The translations under genes were made by a program, and so were the position numbers. A DNA stretch of 24,000 bases, from positions 1,148,972-1,172,971 of the forward strand of contig NZ_AP023032.1 in assembly GCF_019670105.1 (NCBI RefSeq). The letters run 5' to 3'. The notes under the pieces are model-generated. The model was given only the letters and a program-made list of their open reading frames with translations. It did no database searches and was not told the origin of the DNA. Positions within the stretch are counted from its first letter, which is position 1, and every line of letters starts with the position of its first letter. Of this stretch, positions 7,380 to 16,400 are shown in pieces. This DNA comes from Agarivorans albus. Lineage in GTDB: Bacteria; Pseudomonadota; Gammaproteobacteria; Enterobacterales; Celerinatantimonadaceae.

Positions 7380-7566
7380 TTTTCATCACTCATAATGATA
7401 GATTGCATTTTAACTTGGGCTTTTTCCTCTTACTGCTATGGTTGCGCTGCATATAAAAGCAACTACAGCAAACAACAAACAATTACTTGAGCTGTTAGGT
7501 GAGGGGTGTTCATAGCCTTAGCCAACACCTGCCACTCAGGGCCAACTATGTAAGAGGATAAATGGA

Positions 7567-10122
7567 ATGATCTCAAATAAACCCGTGCTGGCTTTATTGA
7601 GCCTAGCGCTATGGTCGCCATTAAGTTCAGCAGAGTTACTACAAAAATTTGAGCTGGAAAATGGAAGTTTGTTACCCGGTTACTCAAGCGCAATTGATAG
7701 TCCGTTTAACGGTGTTGCAGCTTATGCAAACAATGATGGCGTGCAAGCAACAGCGCAAATTAGTAATACACCCGGCCAGTTTCGGTTAGATATAAGCGGC
7801 GCAAGTAGCGCCAATAATGCAGCGGGTATTAGTGTTTACCTTGATGATAAAAAAATTGGTGCAACAGAGTTTGTGGGCACTGCTGCATCGCTTGGTAGCT
7901 TTAGTTTTAAACTAGACTCGATGCCGCTTAATTCGAGCCTTTCGTTTAAATTAGAAACCGATGATGGCAGTAACGATACCTATTTAGATTGGTTTGAGCT
8001 GCATCGCGTAGGCGATATAGCTGCCTTGCCTGCGGCGCCAGTATTGCCAAGTGATGGGGCATACAATACCGGCGTATACCGCAATATGTTTGCCGAGCTA
8101 GGTTACTCAAAAGCTGAGGTTGAAGCACGTGTTCAAGCGGTATATGACCAGCTATTCCATAGTACTGATACCGCCAATAAAGCGATATTTATTCCGGTGG
8201 GTGATGATATGGCCTACATCTGGGATGTAGGCAACAACGATGTGCGTAGTGAGGGCATGTCTTATGGCTTGATGATGGCGGTGCAAATGAACCGCCAAGA
8301 CGACTTCAACAAGCTTTGGAAATGGGCGCACACTTACTCACTAAACAAATCGGGTGTTAACAAAGGCTACTTTGCTTGGAAGGTAAGCACCGCCGGTGAC
8401 GTACAAGATGCCTACCCAGCGCCCGATGGTGAAGAATACTTTGCCACAGCTTTGTTTTTTGCTTCTCACCGTTGGGGTGATGGCACAGGTATTTACAATT
8501 ACAGCGCGCAGGCTAATCAGATCCTTGATGATATGTACGGTAACGGCGAGATGCGTTACAACAATCAAGGTCAGTTAGAAGAAATTAGTCTGTTTGATCA
8601 CAATGAAAAACAAATTGTGTTCTCGCCAGCCACACCTTCCGACAGAAACTGGACAGACCCTTCCTACCATCTCCCTGCATTCTATGAGTTGTGGGCGCGT
8701 TGGGCGAATAACAACAATCAATTTTGGGCGGACATTGCTACTACCAGCCGCGCATTTTTGAAAACCACCGTTAACCCAGCCAATGGTTTAAGCCCTGATT
8801 ATGCTTATTTTGACGGCACTCCGCATGGCGAGTTTCAAGCTTGGAAAACCACCTTCCAATATGATGCTTGGCGCACCGTTGGCAATGCCGCAATGGACTT
8901 TGCGTGGTGGCAAAAGGATCCCTGGCAAACTCAATATGTAAATAGCTTGCAAGCCTTCTTTAAGAGCGAAGGAATAGATTCTTACTCAAGCCTGTATGAG
9001 CTTAATGGTACGCCTTATCAAAACAATAGTGACCACTCTCCTGGTTTAGTGGCCATGAATGCTTTAGCTAGCTTAGCGGCTAACGATCAACAAGCTTGGG
9101 AGTTTGTGCAAGCCCTTTGGGATACTCCTGTACCTAGTGGTCAGTGGCGTTATTACGATGGCACCTTATATATGTTTGGCATGCTGGCATTAAGTGGTAA
9201 CTATCAGATTTATTGCCCAGCTGGAGAATGTGATGCGGTTGTTCCACCTACCGAGAATAGATCTCCGGTGGCGGTAAATGACAGCGTCACAACTGCTCAA
9301 GATACGCCGCTAGTGGTTAGTGTTTTGCAAAATGACAGTGATCCTGATGGCGATGCCATTAGCATTGTGAGTTTCACTCAAGCAAGCAACGGCAGTGTTA
9401 GCCAAGTAGGTGATGGTTTAAGTTACTCTCCAAATAGCAATTACTCGGGCAGCGATAGCTTTAGCTATACCATTAGCGATGGGCAACTAGAAGCAAGTGC
9501 TACTGTGTCTGTTACGGTAACAGACACTACGGTGAATAATCCCCCTAGTGCCTGTTTTACTGTGAGCATCGACGCGGCAACAGTTGGTCAGTCAATCGAT
9601 TTTGACGCTAGTTGCGCCAACGATGTAGACGGTGATGCGCTGAGTTATGCATGGAACTTTGGTGATAATAATGGCGCCACAGGGGCTACAGCTAGCCACA
9701 GTTACAGTGCTGCTGGTACTTATCAAGCAAGCTTAACGGTAAGCGATGGTAAGGGTGCTAGTGATGTTTATAGCGTAAGTATTGATGTTAGCAACTCAGA
9801 TAATGGCCCTGGCGGCGCGGTGTGTAGCTACACGGTAGATAATGATTGGAATAGTGGCTTTGTGGCCAGTATTACTATTAGCAACCAAGGCACAACCGCG
9901 ATAAATGGCTGGCAAGTGAGCTGGGCATACAGTGACGGATCTTCCGTTACTAGCAGCTGGAATAGCACGCTAACAGGCAGTCAGCCTTATGTGGCTAGCT
10001 CGTTATCTTGGAACTCGACCATTCAACCTGGGCAATCGGTGACCTTTGGTTTACAAGGCTCTAAAGGCACAGTAAACACACCAGCTGAAGTAGTCACACT
10101 TGGTGGCTCAAGCTGTAATTAA
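7567..10122 (+). CDS. Secreted multidomain GH8 glycoside hydrolase (xylanase/Rex-like clade): signal peptide, unassigned N-module, GH8, cadherin-like repeat, PKD, CBM2
   Basis: RBS GAGGA lies 8 nt upstream. Signal peptide MISNKPVLALLSLALWSPLSSA.

GH8 hallmarks: RSEGMSYG (E229), APDGEEYFATALFFASHRWG (D287, laid out like the GH8 signature), TDPSYHLPAFYELW, QYDAWRT (D433), RYYDGTLYMFGMLALSGNY. These are colinear with the Pseudoalteromonas haloplanktis GH8 xylanase as I recall it.

Other modules: cadherin-like VLQNDSDPDGD...FSYTISDG; PKD WNFGD...SHSY..GTY..LTVSDG; C-terminal Trp-rich module bounded by Cys...Cys (9823-10119), CBM2-like. Confidence 0.85.
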   Translation: MISNKPVLALLSLALWSPLSSAELLQKFELENGSLLPGYSSAIDSPFNGVAAYANNDGVQATAQISNTPGQFRLDISGASSANNAAGISVYLDDKKIGATEFVGTAASLGSFSFKLDSMPLNSSLSFKLETDDGSNDTYLDWFELHRVGDIAALPAAPVLPSDGAYNTGVYRNMFAELGYSKAEVEARVQAVYDQLFHSTDTANKAIFIPVGDDMAYIWDVGNNDVRSEGMSYGLMMAVQMNRQDDFNKLWKWAHTYSLNKSGVNKGYFAWKVSTAGDVQDAYPAPDGEEYFATALFFASHRWGDGTGIYNYSAQANQILDDMYGNGEMRYNNQGQLEEISLFDHNEKQIVFSPATPSDRNWTDPSYHLPAFYELWARWANNNNQFWADIATTSRAFLKTTVNPANGLSPDYAYFDGTPHGEFQAWKTTFQYDAWRTVGNAAMDFAWWQKDPWQTQYVNSLQAFFKSEGIDSYSSLYELNGTPYQNNSDHSPGLVAMNALASLAANDQQAWEFVQALWDTPVPSGQWRYYDGTLYMFGMLALSGNYQIYCPAGECDAVVPPTENRSPVAVNDSVTTAQDTPLVVSVLQNDSDPDGDAISIVSFTQASNGSVSQVGDGLSYSPNSNYSGSDSFSYTISDGQLEASATVSVTVTDTTVNNPPSACFTVSIDAATVGQSIDFDASCANDVDGDALSYAWNFGDNNGATGATASHSYSAAGTYQASLTVSDGKGASDVYSVSIDVSNSDNGPGGAVCSYTVDNDWNSGFVASITISNQGTTAINGWQVSWAYSDGSSVTSSWNSTLTGSQPYVASSLSWNSTIQPGQSVTFGLQGSKGTVNTPAEVVTLGGSSCN

Positions 10123-10149
10123 GCTAATTGATTAAAGCAAAACAATTTA

Positions 10150-10178
10150 AGAGAGGCATTAGCCTCTCTTTGGTTTTT
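10150..10178 (+). terminator. Rho-independent terminator of GH8 gene 1
   Basis: Stem AGAGAGGC (10150-10157), loop ATTA, stem GCCTCTCT (10162-10169), then TTGGTTTTT. Confidence 0.8.
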
Positions 10179-10217
10179 AGCGCCTTAATGCAAAAATCCT
10201 TATCATAATTTTGTGGA

Positions 10218-10231
10218 TGTTAACGTTAACT
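10218..10231. promoter_or_regulatory. LacI-family-type operator candidate TGTTAACGTTAACT
   Basis: Contains a perfect 12-bp palindrome GTTAACGTTAAC with a central CG. A third GTTAAC half-site lies 5 bp downstream. It sits 14 bp upstream of the predicted -35, as in copy 1. Confidence 0.45.
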
Positions 10232-10245
10232 TTTTGTTAACCTTG

Positions 10246-10274
10246 TTCACATTTCTGTATGAAATTTGTACGTT
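10246..10274 (+). promoter_or_regulatory. Predicted sigma70-type promoter of GH8 gene 2
   Basis: TTCACA-N17-TACGTT, positionally equivalent to 7351-7379. Confidence 0.3.
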
Positions 10275-10457
10275 ATTTCTTTTCTCTTTCATGATCACTT
10301 CCATTCTGCCTTGGATAATCTTTGAGCGATGCTATGGTTTATGCTGCATTCAGCCTTTGCTCTAGTTACCAATACTAATATGAGCGATCTAATCGTTTAA
10401 AAACCAAATAATATTCGATGGCTGAACTGCGTTATTGCATAGATGAGGATAAAAGGA

Positions 10458-13277
10458 ATGATCTTTAAAAGAACAGTATTAACGCTGTTAAGTATTGGAA
10501 TGTTATCTCCAATATGTTCGGCCGAAGTACTACAAAAATTCGAAATGGAAAATGGCAGTTTACTGCCTGGTTATTCGGGGCTAATTGACAGCCCATTTAA
10601 TGGTGTAGCTGCTTATGCCAATAATGATGGGCTTGAAACATCGGCTCAAATATCAAATGTTCCGGGTGAGTTTCGCCTTGATATTCGAGGAGCAAGTAGT
10701 GCCAATAATGCCGCTGGTATTAGCGTCTATCTCGGCGGCCAAAAGATCGGTGCTACAGAGTTTTCGGGGACGAGTGCCTCAGTAAATAGCATCAATTTTA
10801 AGCTCGATACTCAGCCAAGTTCGGCTAATCTTCAATTCAGGCTAGAAACCGATAACGGAAGTAATGACACCTTTCTCGACTGGTATGAGTTACACCGAGT
10901 CGGTGACATTGCACCGCTGCCTGATGCACCCGTTTTACCTAGCGCAGGTGCTTATGACACCGGTGTATATCGCAACATGTTCCAAGAGCTTGGTTACTCC
11001 AAAGCGGAAGTAGATGCCAAAGTACAAGCGGTCTACGACCAGCTATTCCATAGCAGTGATACGACTAACCAAGCGATTTTTATTCCGGTTGGCAACGACA
11101 TGGCCTATATCTGGGATGTGGGCAACAACGATGTGCGTAGTGAAGGCATGTCGTACGGCATGATGATGGCAGTACAAATGGGCCGTCAGGATGACTTTAA
11201 CAAGTTGTGGAAGTGGGCGCACACCTATTCGCTCAACAAATCGGGCAATAACAAAGGTTACTTTGCTTGGAAGGTGAGCACTTCAGGCAATATTCAAGAT
11301 GCGAATCCGGCCCCCGATGGTGAAGAGTATTTTGTAACCGCCTTATTTTTTGCCTCTCACCTTTGGGGAGATGGCAGCGGTATTTTCAACTACAGCGCGC
11401 AAGCGAATCAAATCTTAAAAGACATGTATGGTAACGGCGAGACACGTTACAACAATCAAGGTCAGTTAGAAGAATTTAGTTTGTTCAACCATGCGGAAAA
11501 ACAAATAGTGTTTTCTCCGGCTACACCAACCGACAGAAACTGGACCGATCCTTCATACCATCTGCCAGCATTTTATGAGTTGTGGGCGCGATGGGCCGAC
11601 AATAATAATACGTTTTGGGCTGATTTAGCGGTCACCAGTCGAGCCTTCTTAAAAACAACGGTTAACCCTGCTAACGGTTTAAGCCCCGATTATGCTTATT
11701 TTGATGGCACGCCACATGGTGATTTCCAAAACTGGAAAGATACCTTCCAATACGATGCTTGGCGCACCGTGGGCAACGCAGCAATGGACTTCGCTTGGTG
11801 GCAAGCCGACCCTTGGCAAACTACCTACGTAAATAGTCTGCAGAGCTTCTTTAAGAGTGAAGGTATCGATTCTTACGCGAGTTTGTATGAATTAGATGGA
11901 ACGCCTTATCAAAACAATTCTGATCATTCCCCAGGCTTAGTAGCCATGAATGCTATGGCGAGTTTGGCCTCTAACAACCAACGTTCATGGGAGTTTATTC
12001 AAGCTTTTTGGGATACTCCTGTACCTAGCGGCAAATACCGCTACTACGACGGTACCTTGTATATGTTTGGCATGTTGGCACTAAGTGGCAACTATCGAAT
12101 TATTTGTCCAGCGGGTGAGTGTGATGTAGTTACCCCTCCACCATCTGGTGGGAATAACCCTCCAAACGCCAATAACGACAGCAGCACGACCACCGAGGAT
12201 ACCGCAGTAAGCATTGCGGTACTGCAAAATGATAGCGATGCCGACGGTGATGCTTTATCTATTACCAGTTATACCCAAGCGGGCAACGGCAGCGTTAGCC
12301 AAGTTGGTGATTCGTTAAATTATTCCCCTAACAGTGGTTTTGTTGGCAGCGATAGTTTTAGTTACACCATTAGTGATGGCCAAGCCAGCGCTAGCGCAAC
12401 GGTGACTATAACTGTTACAGCTAATGATAATGGAGGCACACCGCCTACAGAGGGAGAATTACTTGAGCAAGTTGAGTTGGAAACTGGGGTGATTACACCG
12501 TCTTATCGCCAACCTATTACGTCACCATACGCTGGCGTTATTCTTTACGGAAATGGTGAAGCGGTAACGGTTAGCAGCAGTAACTTAGCAGCAGGCGACT
12601 ATAGCTTGGTGATTAATGGCTCATCCAGCAATAACACAGCTGCGGGTATTAGTGTTTATGCCGACAATGTAAAAGTAGGGACAGCTAGCTTTATTGGTAC
12701 CAGCAGAACCGAGCAAACGATTGGTTTTAGTTTAACTAGTGCAGCAAGCTCACTTAAATTTGTATTAGAAACCGATGTTGGGCAAAACGATACCTTGCTC
12801 GATTGGTACCAGCTATATAGCGGCAGCACTGGTGGGGGTAATCCGAGCACACCTAGTGAAGTGCTCATTCAAGCAGAAGACTATAGCCAATATTACGATA
12901 CCACTAGTGGCAATGCGGGTGGCAGTTACCGTAGTGACGATGTAGATTTACAAATCACTTCCGATGTAGGTGGCGGTTATAACCTTGGTTGGACCGCAGC
13001 AGGGGAGTGGCTCGAGTATTCGGTTAATTTGCCTGCAGGCAGCTATAACATCGAGTTTAGAGTAGCTTCTAATCCAGGTGGCGGGCGTTATAGCTTAGAG
13101 GCCGATGGTCAAACTGTAGTCTCGGCTAGTGACGTGGCGGCTACCGGTGGTTGGCAAAACTGGGTGAGCCAGAACAAAACCAACATAGCGCTAAGCGGTG
13201 GTGCCCAAACCCTTCGTTTTAATGTTTTGCAGGGTAACTTTAATCTAAATTGGATTAAAATCTCTCCCGCAAACTAA
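10458..13277 (+). CDS. Secreted multidomain GH8 glycoside hydrolase paralogue: signal peptide, N-module, GH8, cadherin-like repeat, second copy of the N-module, CBM6
   Basis: I chose the start at 10458 (MIFKRTVL...) by homology with copy 1 and because GAGGA lies 8 nt upstream. The longest ORF starts at 10443.

The same GH8 motifs are present: RSEGMSYG, APDGEEYFVTALFFASHLWG, QYDAWRT, RYYDGTLYMFGMLALSGNY.

The C-terminal region IQAEDYSQYYD...GYNLGWTAAGEWLEYSVNLPAGSYNIEFRVASNPGGG...GGWQNW...LRFNVLQGNFNLNWIKI is a typical CBM6 (12861-13274). Confidence 0.85.
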   Translation: MIFKRTVLTLLSIGMLSPICSAEVLQKFEMENGSLLPGYSGLIDSPFNGVAAYANNDGLETSAQISNVPGEFRLDIRGASSANNAAGISVYLGGQKIGATEFSGTSASVNSINFKLDTQPSSANLQFRLETDNGSNDTFLDWYELHRVGDIAPLPDAPVLPSAGAYDTGVYRNMFQELGYSKAEVDAKVQAVYDQLFHSSDTTNQAIFIPVGNDMAYIWDVGNNDVRSEGMSYGMMMAVQMGRQDDFNKLWKWAHTYSLNKSGNNKGYFAWKVSTSGNIQDANPAPDGEEYFVTALFFASHLWGDGSGIFNYSAQANQILKDMYGNGETRYNNQGQLEEFSLFNHAEKQIVFSPATPTDRNWTDPSYHLPAFYELWARWADNNNTFWADLAVTSRAFLKTTVNPANGLSPDYAYFDGTPHGDFQNWKDTFQYDAWRTVGNAAMDFAWWQADPWQTTYVNSLQSFFKSEGIDSYASLYELDGTPYQNNSDHSPGLVAMNAMASLASNNQRSWEFIQAFWDTPVPSGKYRYYDGTLYMFGMLALSGNYRIICPAGECDVVTPPPSGGNNPPNANNDSSTTTEDTAVSIAVLQNDSDADGDALSITSYTQAGNGSVSQVGDSLNYSPNSGFVGSDSFSYTISDGQASASATVTITVTANDNGGTPPTEGELLEQVELETGVITPSYRQPITSPYAGVILYGNGEAVTVSSSNLAAGDYSLVINGSSSNNTAAGISVYADNVKVGTASFIGTSRTEQTIGFSLTSAASSLKFVLETDVGQNDTLLDWYQLYSGSTGGGNPSTPSEVLIQAEDYSQYYDTTSGNAGGSYRSDDVDLQITSDVGGGYNLGWTAAGEWLEYSVNLPAGSYNIEFRVASNPGGGRYSLEADGQTVVSASDVAATGGWQNWVSQNKTNIALSGGAQTLRFNVLQGNFNLNWIKISPAN

Positions 13278-13290
13278 ACGATATTGACTG

Positions 13291-13320
13291 ATATGGCAGC
13301 GTCAGCTGCCATATTTCTAT
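13291..13320 (+). terminator. Rho-independent terminator of GH8 gene 2
   Basis: Stem ATATGGCAGC (13291-13300), loop GTCA, stem GCTGCCATAT (13305-13314), then TTTCTAT. Confidence 0.7.
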
Positions 13321-13493
13321 ACTTATCATTAATGTGAATTGTATCGTCGCAAATCTCACTTTCTATTCGGCAGCTTCCAAGTAATAGACTACTCTTTTAG
13401 TGAGCATTTAAGCCAAGTAGCTCTCCACTTCTTGCAGTAAATCATCAGCTTAAATGCCCGTTGAAATTACACATCAGACTTGGATAAAGGAAT

Positions 13494-16400
13494 ATGCTGA
13501 GCCGAATCACCGCTGCAATTGGAGCGATATTAAGTTTACTGCTAACTGTTAACGCTTGGTCTCAATCTCAAGTTGAAGAGTTTACTCAACAAGAAAAACA
13601 ATGGATTGCTGAGAATACGGTTGTATCGGTGGCCCCCGATGCAAACTTCTACCCCTATGCATTTATAAACCTTCAAGGTGATTTTGATGGAGTGACTCGC
13701 TCGTACCTTGATGTTATTGAAGAAATTTCTGGGCTTCGTTTCGATTACAAATTGGGTATGCAATGGAAAGACATGTTGCAGGGCCTAAAAAGCGGCGAGT
13801 TCTCGTTGATTCCAATGATGTACTTAGACTCAGCCAAACAAGACTTTGTTAATTACTCGCATCCATTTTTGCTACACACCGAATATGTCTTTACCCAAAG
13901 CGACGTTCCTACTATTGCCAGTGTTGATGATTTAGCCGGAAAAGTGGTTGCCATTGTTGAAGGGTTTGAGCAAGTAAATTGGTTAAAAACAAACTTTCCC
14001 CAGCTGAAGTTTAAAACCTATCCTGAGCTATCGCATACGTTACAAGCAGTGGCCGACGGTGAAGCCTACGCAGCTATTGCCGAGCTGAGTTCCGCGCTGT
14101 ATATCAAAAACAAGTTGCGTTTAAGCAACATTAAAAATAACTCTGTGGTGTTGGGGCGGAAAAACATTCCTATTCATATGGGCTTGGCTAAACACTCTCC
14201 TGTATTGCTATCCATCATCGACAAATCAATCAAAAAAATAGACATCGCCACCCGCAACAAAATTCGTGGGCGTTGGTTAACAGACAGTTCGTCTCAGCAG
14301 TTGCTGCCGGGAGCATTTGGTTTTGGCCGCCCCCCCTACATGTATGATCAAAGTTCTGAAGTGGGCCTAGAGCTGGAAATTGTTCGCGAAGTCTTATCCT
14401 CTATTGGTTATCAGTTAGGAGATATAGAACAAATTCCTACTGTGCGGGCTCATGAAATATTAAGTGAGGATCAAAGCTTAGATTTTTCAGCTGGCTTAGT
14501 GGCAAAAGAAGATGGTGAGCTATTTTATTCCGATAACATTGTGCAGTTTCACAATGTGGCATTAACCCGTAAAACCGACCAGCTAAATATTACTAAGGTC
14601 TCTCAGCTTGCTGAGTTTAGCGTAACGGCTTTTGAGGGCGCATCTGAGGTGCTAGGTAAGCCCTTAGCCGGCGTTGCTAAGGTATCATCGAGCTATCAAG
14701 AATATGGTGTTCAAGAGCAATCCTTGGAGCAGTTTTTTTCTGGCAATGCTCAAGTGGTTATTGCAGACCAAAGCTTACTGGAATGGACGATAAAACATTC
14801 GGGATTAACGGCCTTACTGCAGAGTGATTTTGTGGTTCACGACATTTTTGAGCAAGCCGACGTGGGTTACGCCGTTGCTTTTAGAAATGATTATTATCGT
14901 GACATCTTTAATCAAGCTTTACAGGAGTTTAAGCAAAGTACTGATTACTCCAAATTGAACGACTTATACGCCAAGTCAGACTTTAGCAATCAAATAAAGC
15001 GCGCCAGTTTGTTGAGTGATCTGCTTGCGCCACATATTTTCAATGATGACCTTAAAATCATTAAACATATCGTGGGTGTTTTTCAGAAAAACTCGAATAT
15101 AAAAGCCATTGTTGTTAGCTCCGACTCCCCACCTAAGGTGATATTTAAAGCTCAAGAAATAGACGGTCAACTAAAAGAGGTTGACGTGCTGCAAATTAGC
15201 CACCTGAGTAAGCTGTCTAAAGAGAGCTACTTTGTGCATAACAACAACCCCGATAAAGTCGGAGAGGTTATTCTGTATTTTGAGGCTACAAGCTCCTCGC
15301 AAATTGGTAGCCCCAGCATTCCAAATATCAGTCGATTTACTTTATTAAACGAAGAGCAAACAGCCGATCTAAGAGACAGTTACGAGCGCCATCAATTATC
15401 TGGTCAGCAAATAAATTTCACCAAAGAAGAATTAGCCTGGATGGCCGACAATCCTGAAGTTGCGGTAGCTGTTGATCCTTCTGCCTTACCTTATGAAGCC
15501 TTCGATGAAGGTGGCAACTACATTGGGATAGTGGCTGATTATTTGCAGCTATTAAGTGTGAGCACGGGTTTAACGCTTAAACCAGTGCCTGTCGAGAGTT
15601 GGCAAGATTCTCTTAAGTTGATTCAAAATCGCGAGGTAAAGCTAGTATCTGCGGCACTTAATAATAAGTGGTTAGAGTTAGATTATCACCCTGCGCTGCC
15701 TTTGGTGGAAAGCGAGTTGGCCTACATGGGTTTAGAGCGAGATGGCTTTTTTGGTTCAGCTGAGCAGTTGGCGGGTAAGAAAATAGGCATTATAAAAGGA
15801 GCTTCGCAAACCCGCAGTATTGTTAATCGTTATCCCGATATTGACTGGCAATACCCAGAGAACACCGAGCAAGGGTTTATCGCTGTGGCCGATGGTGAAT
15901 ATCACGGCATGGTCGATAGCTTGTTGGTGCTTAACTACCTGATTCAAACGCGCGGTTACAGCCAGATGGCAATCGCGGCTGACTTTGACCGAGAGATTGT
16001 ATCTACGTTGTTTGTGATTAAGTCAGAGCCTTTGTTACATAGCATCATTAATAAAGCGATTGATGCCGTAACCCAACAGCAAAGTGATGACATTACTTTA
16101 AGCTGGGTACCTAACAAACTGGTTGAAAAAGTAGACTACGGCTTGGTTACTCAAATTTCTATGGGTGCCTTGGTATTAATATTTTTAACGCTGTTTTGGA
16201 ACCGAAAGCTGGCCTCACATATCAAAGCCAGAGAGTTAGCAGAGCAAAAAATCCAACAACGTGAGCAGCTGCTGTTCGATATGCTCAATGCTGCGCCTAT
16301 TGGGGTGGCCATTGTACAAAATAATAAAACCGTTTTTTCTAATAAAACCTGCCGTGACATGTTTGGTGTGGCTGCAAACGAACTAGATGATTTTCAAGTT

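Larger units (their letters stand above)
7304..9525 (+). repeat. Copy 1 of a ~2.2-kb tandem duplication (promoter region, N-module, GH8 domain, cadherin-like domain)
   Basis: Colinear with 10194-12425. By eye, the coding parts are roughly four-fifths identical at both nucleotide and protein level. The upstream parts share islands of identity. Confidence 0.85.
10194..12425 (+). repeat. Copy 2 of the ~2.2-kb tandem duplication
   Basis: See 7304-9525. Homology starts at AAATCCTTAT upstream of the operator and ends after the cadherin-like domain (ATVTITVT). Confidence 0.85.

Noticed and set aside
7438-7515. Possible upstream ORFs in the GH8 leaders (25 codons from 7438; 14 codons from 10334)
   Set aside because: The peptide sequences are unrelated beyond the first two codons and have no RBS. 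The conservation is at the nucleotide-block level only.
7463-7693. 76-aa minus-strand ORF overlapping the GH8-1 start
   Set aside because: It overlaps the GH8 signal-peptide coding region and leader, has no RBS, and has no counterpart at the paralogous locus.
9250-9800. Ser/Gly/Asp/Thr-rich stretches in the GH8 C-terminal regions that look repetitive
   Set aside because: They are protein-level domain repeats (cadherin-like, PKD) and linkers. They are not tandem DNA repeats or a CRISPR-like array.
10443-10457. Longer start (ATG 10443) for GH8-2, giving MRIKG before MIFKR
   Set aside because: The paralogue aligns from ATG 10458, which has the same GAGGA-N8 spacing as ATG 7567. The 10443 ATG overlaps that RBS.
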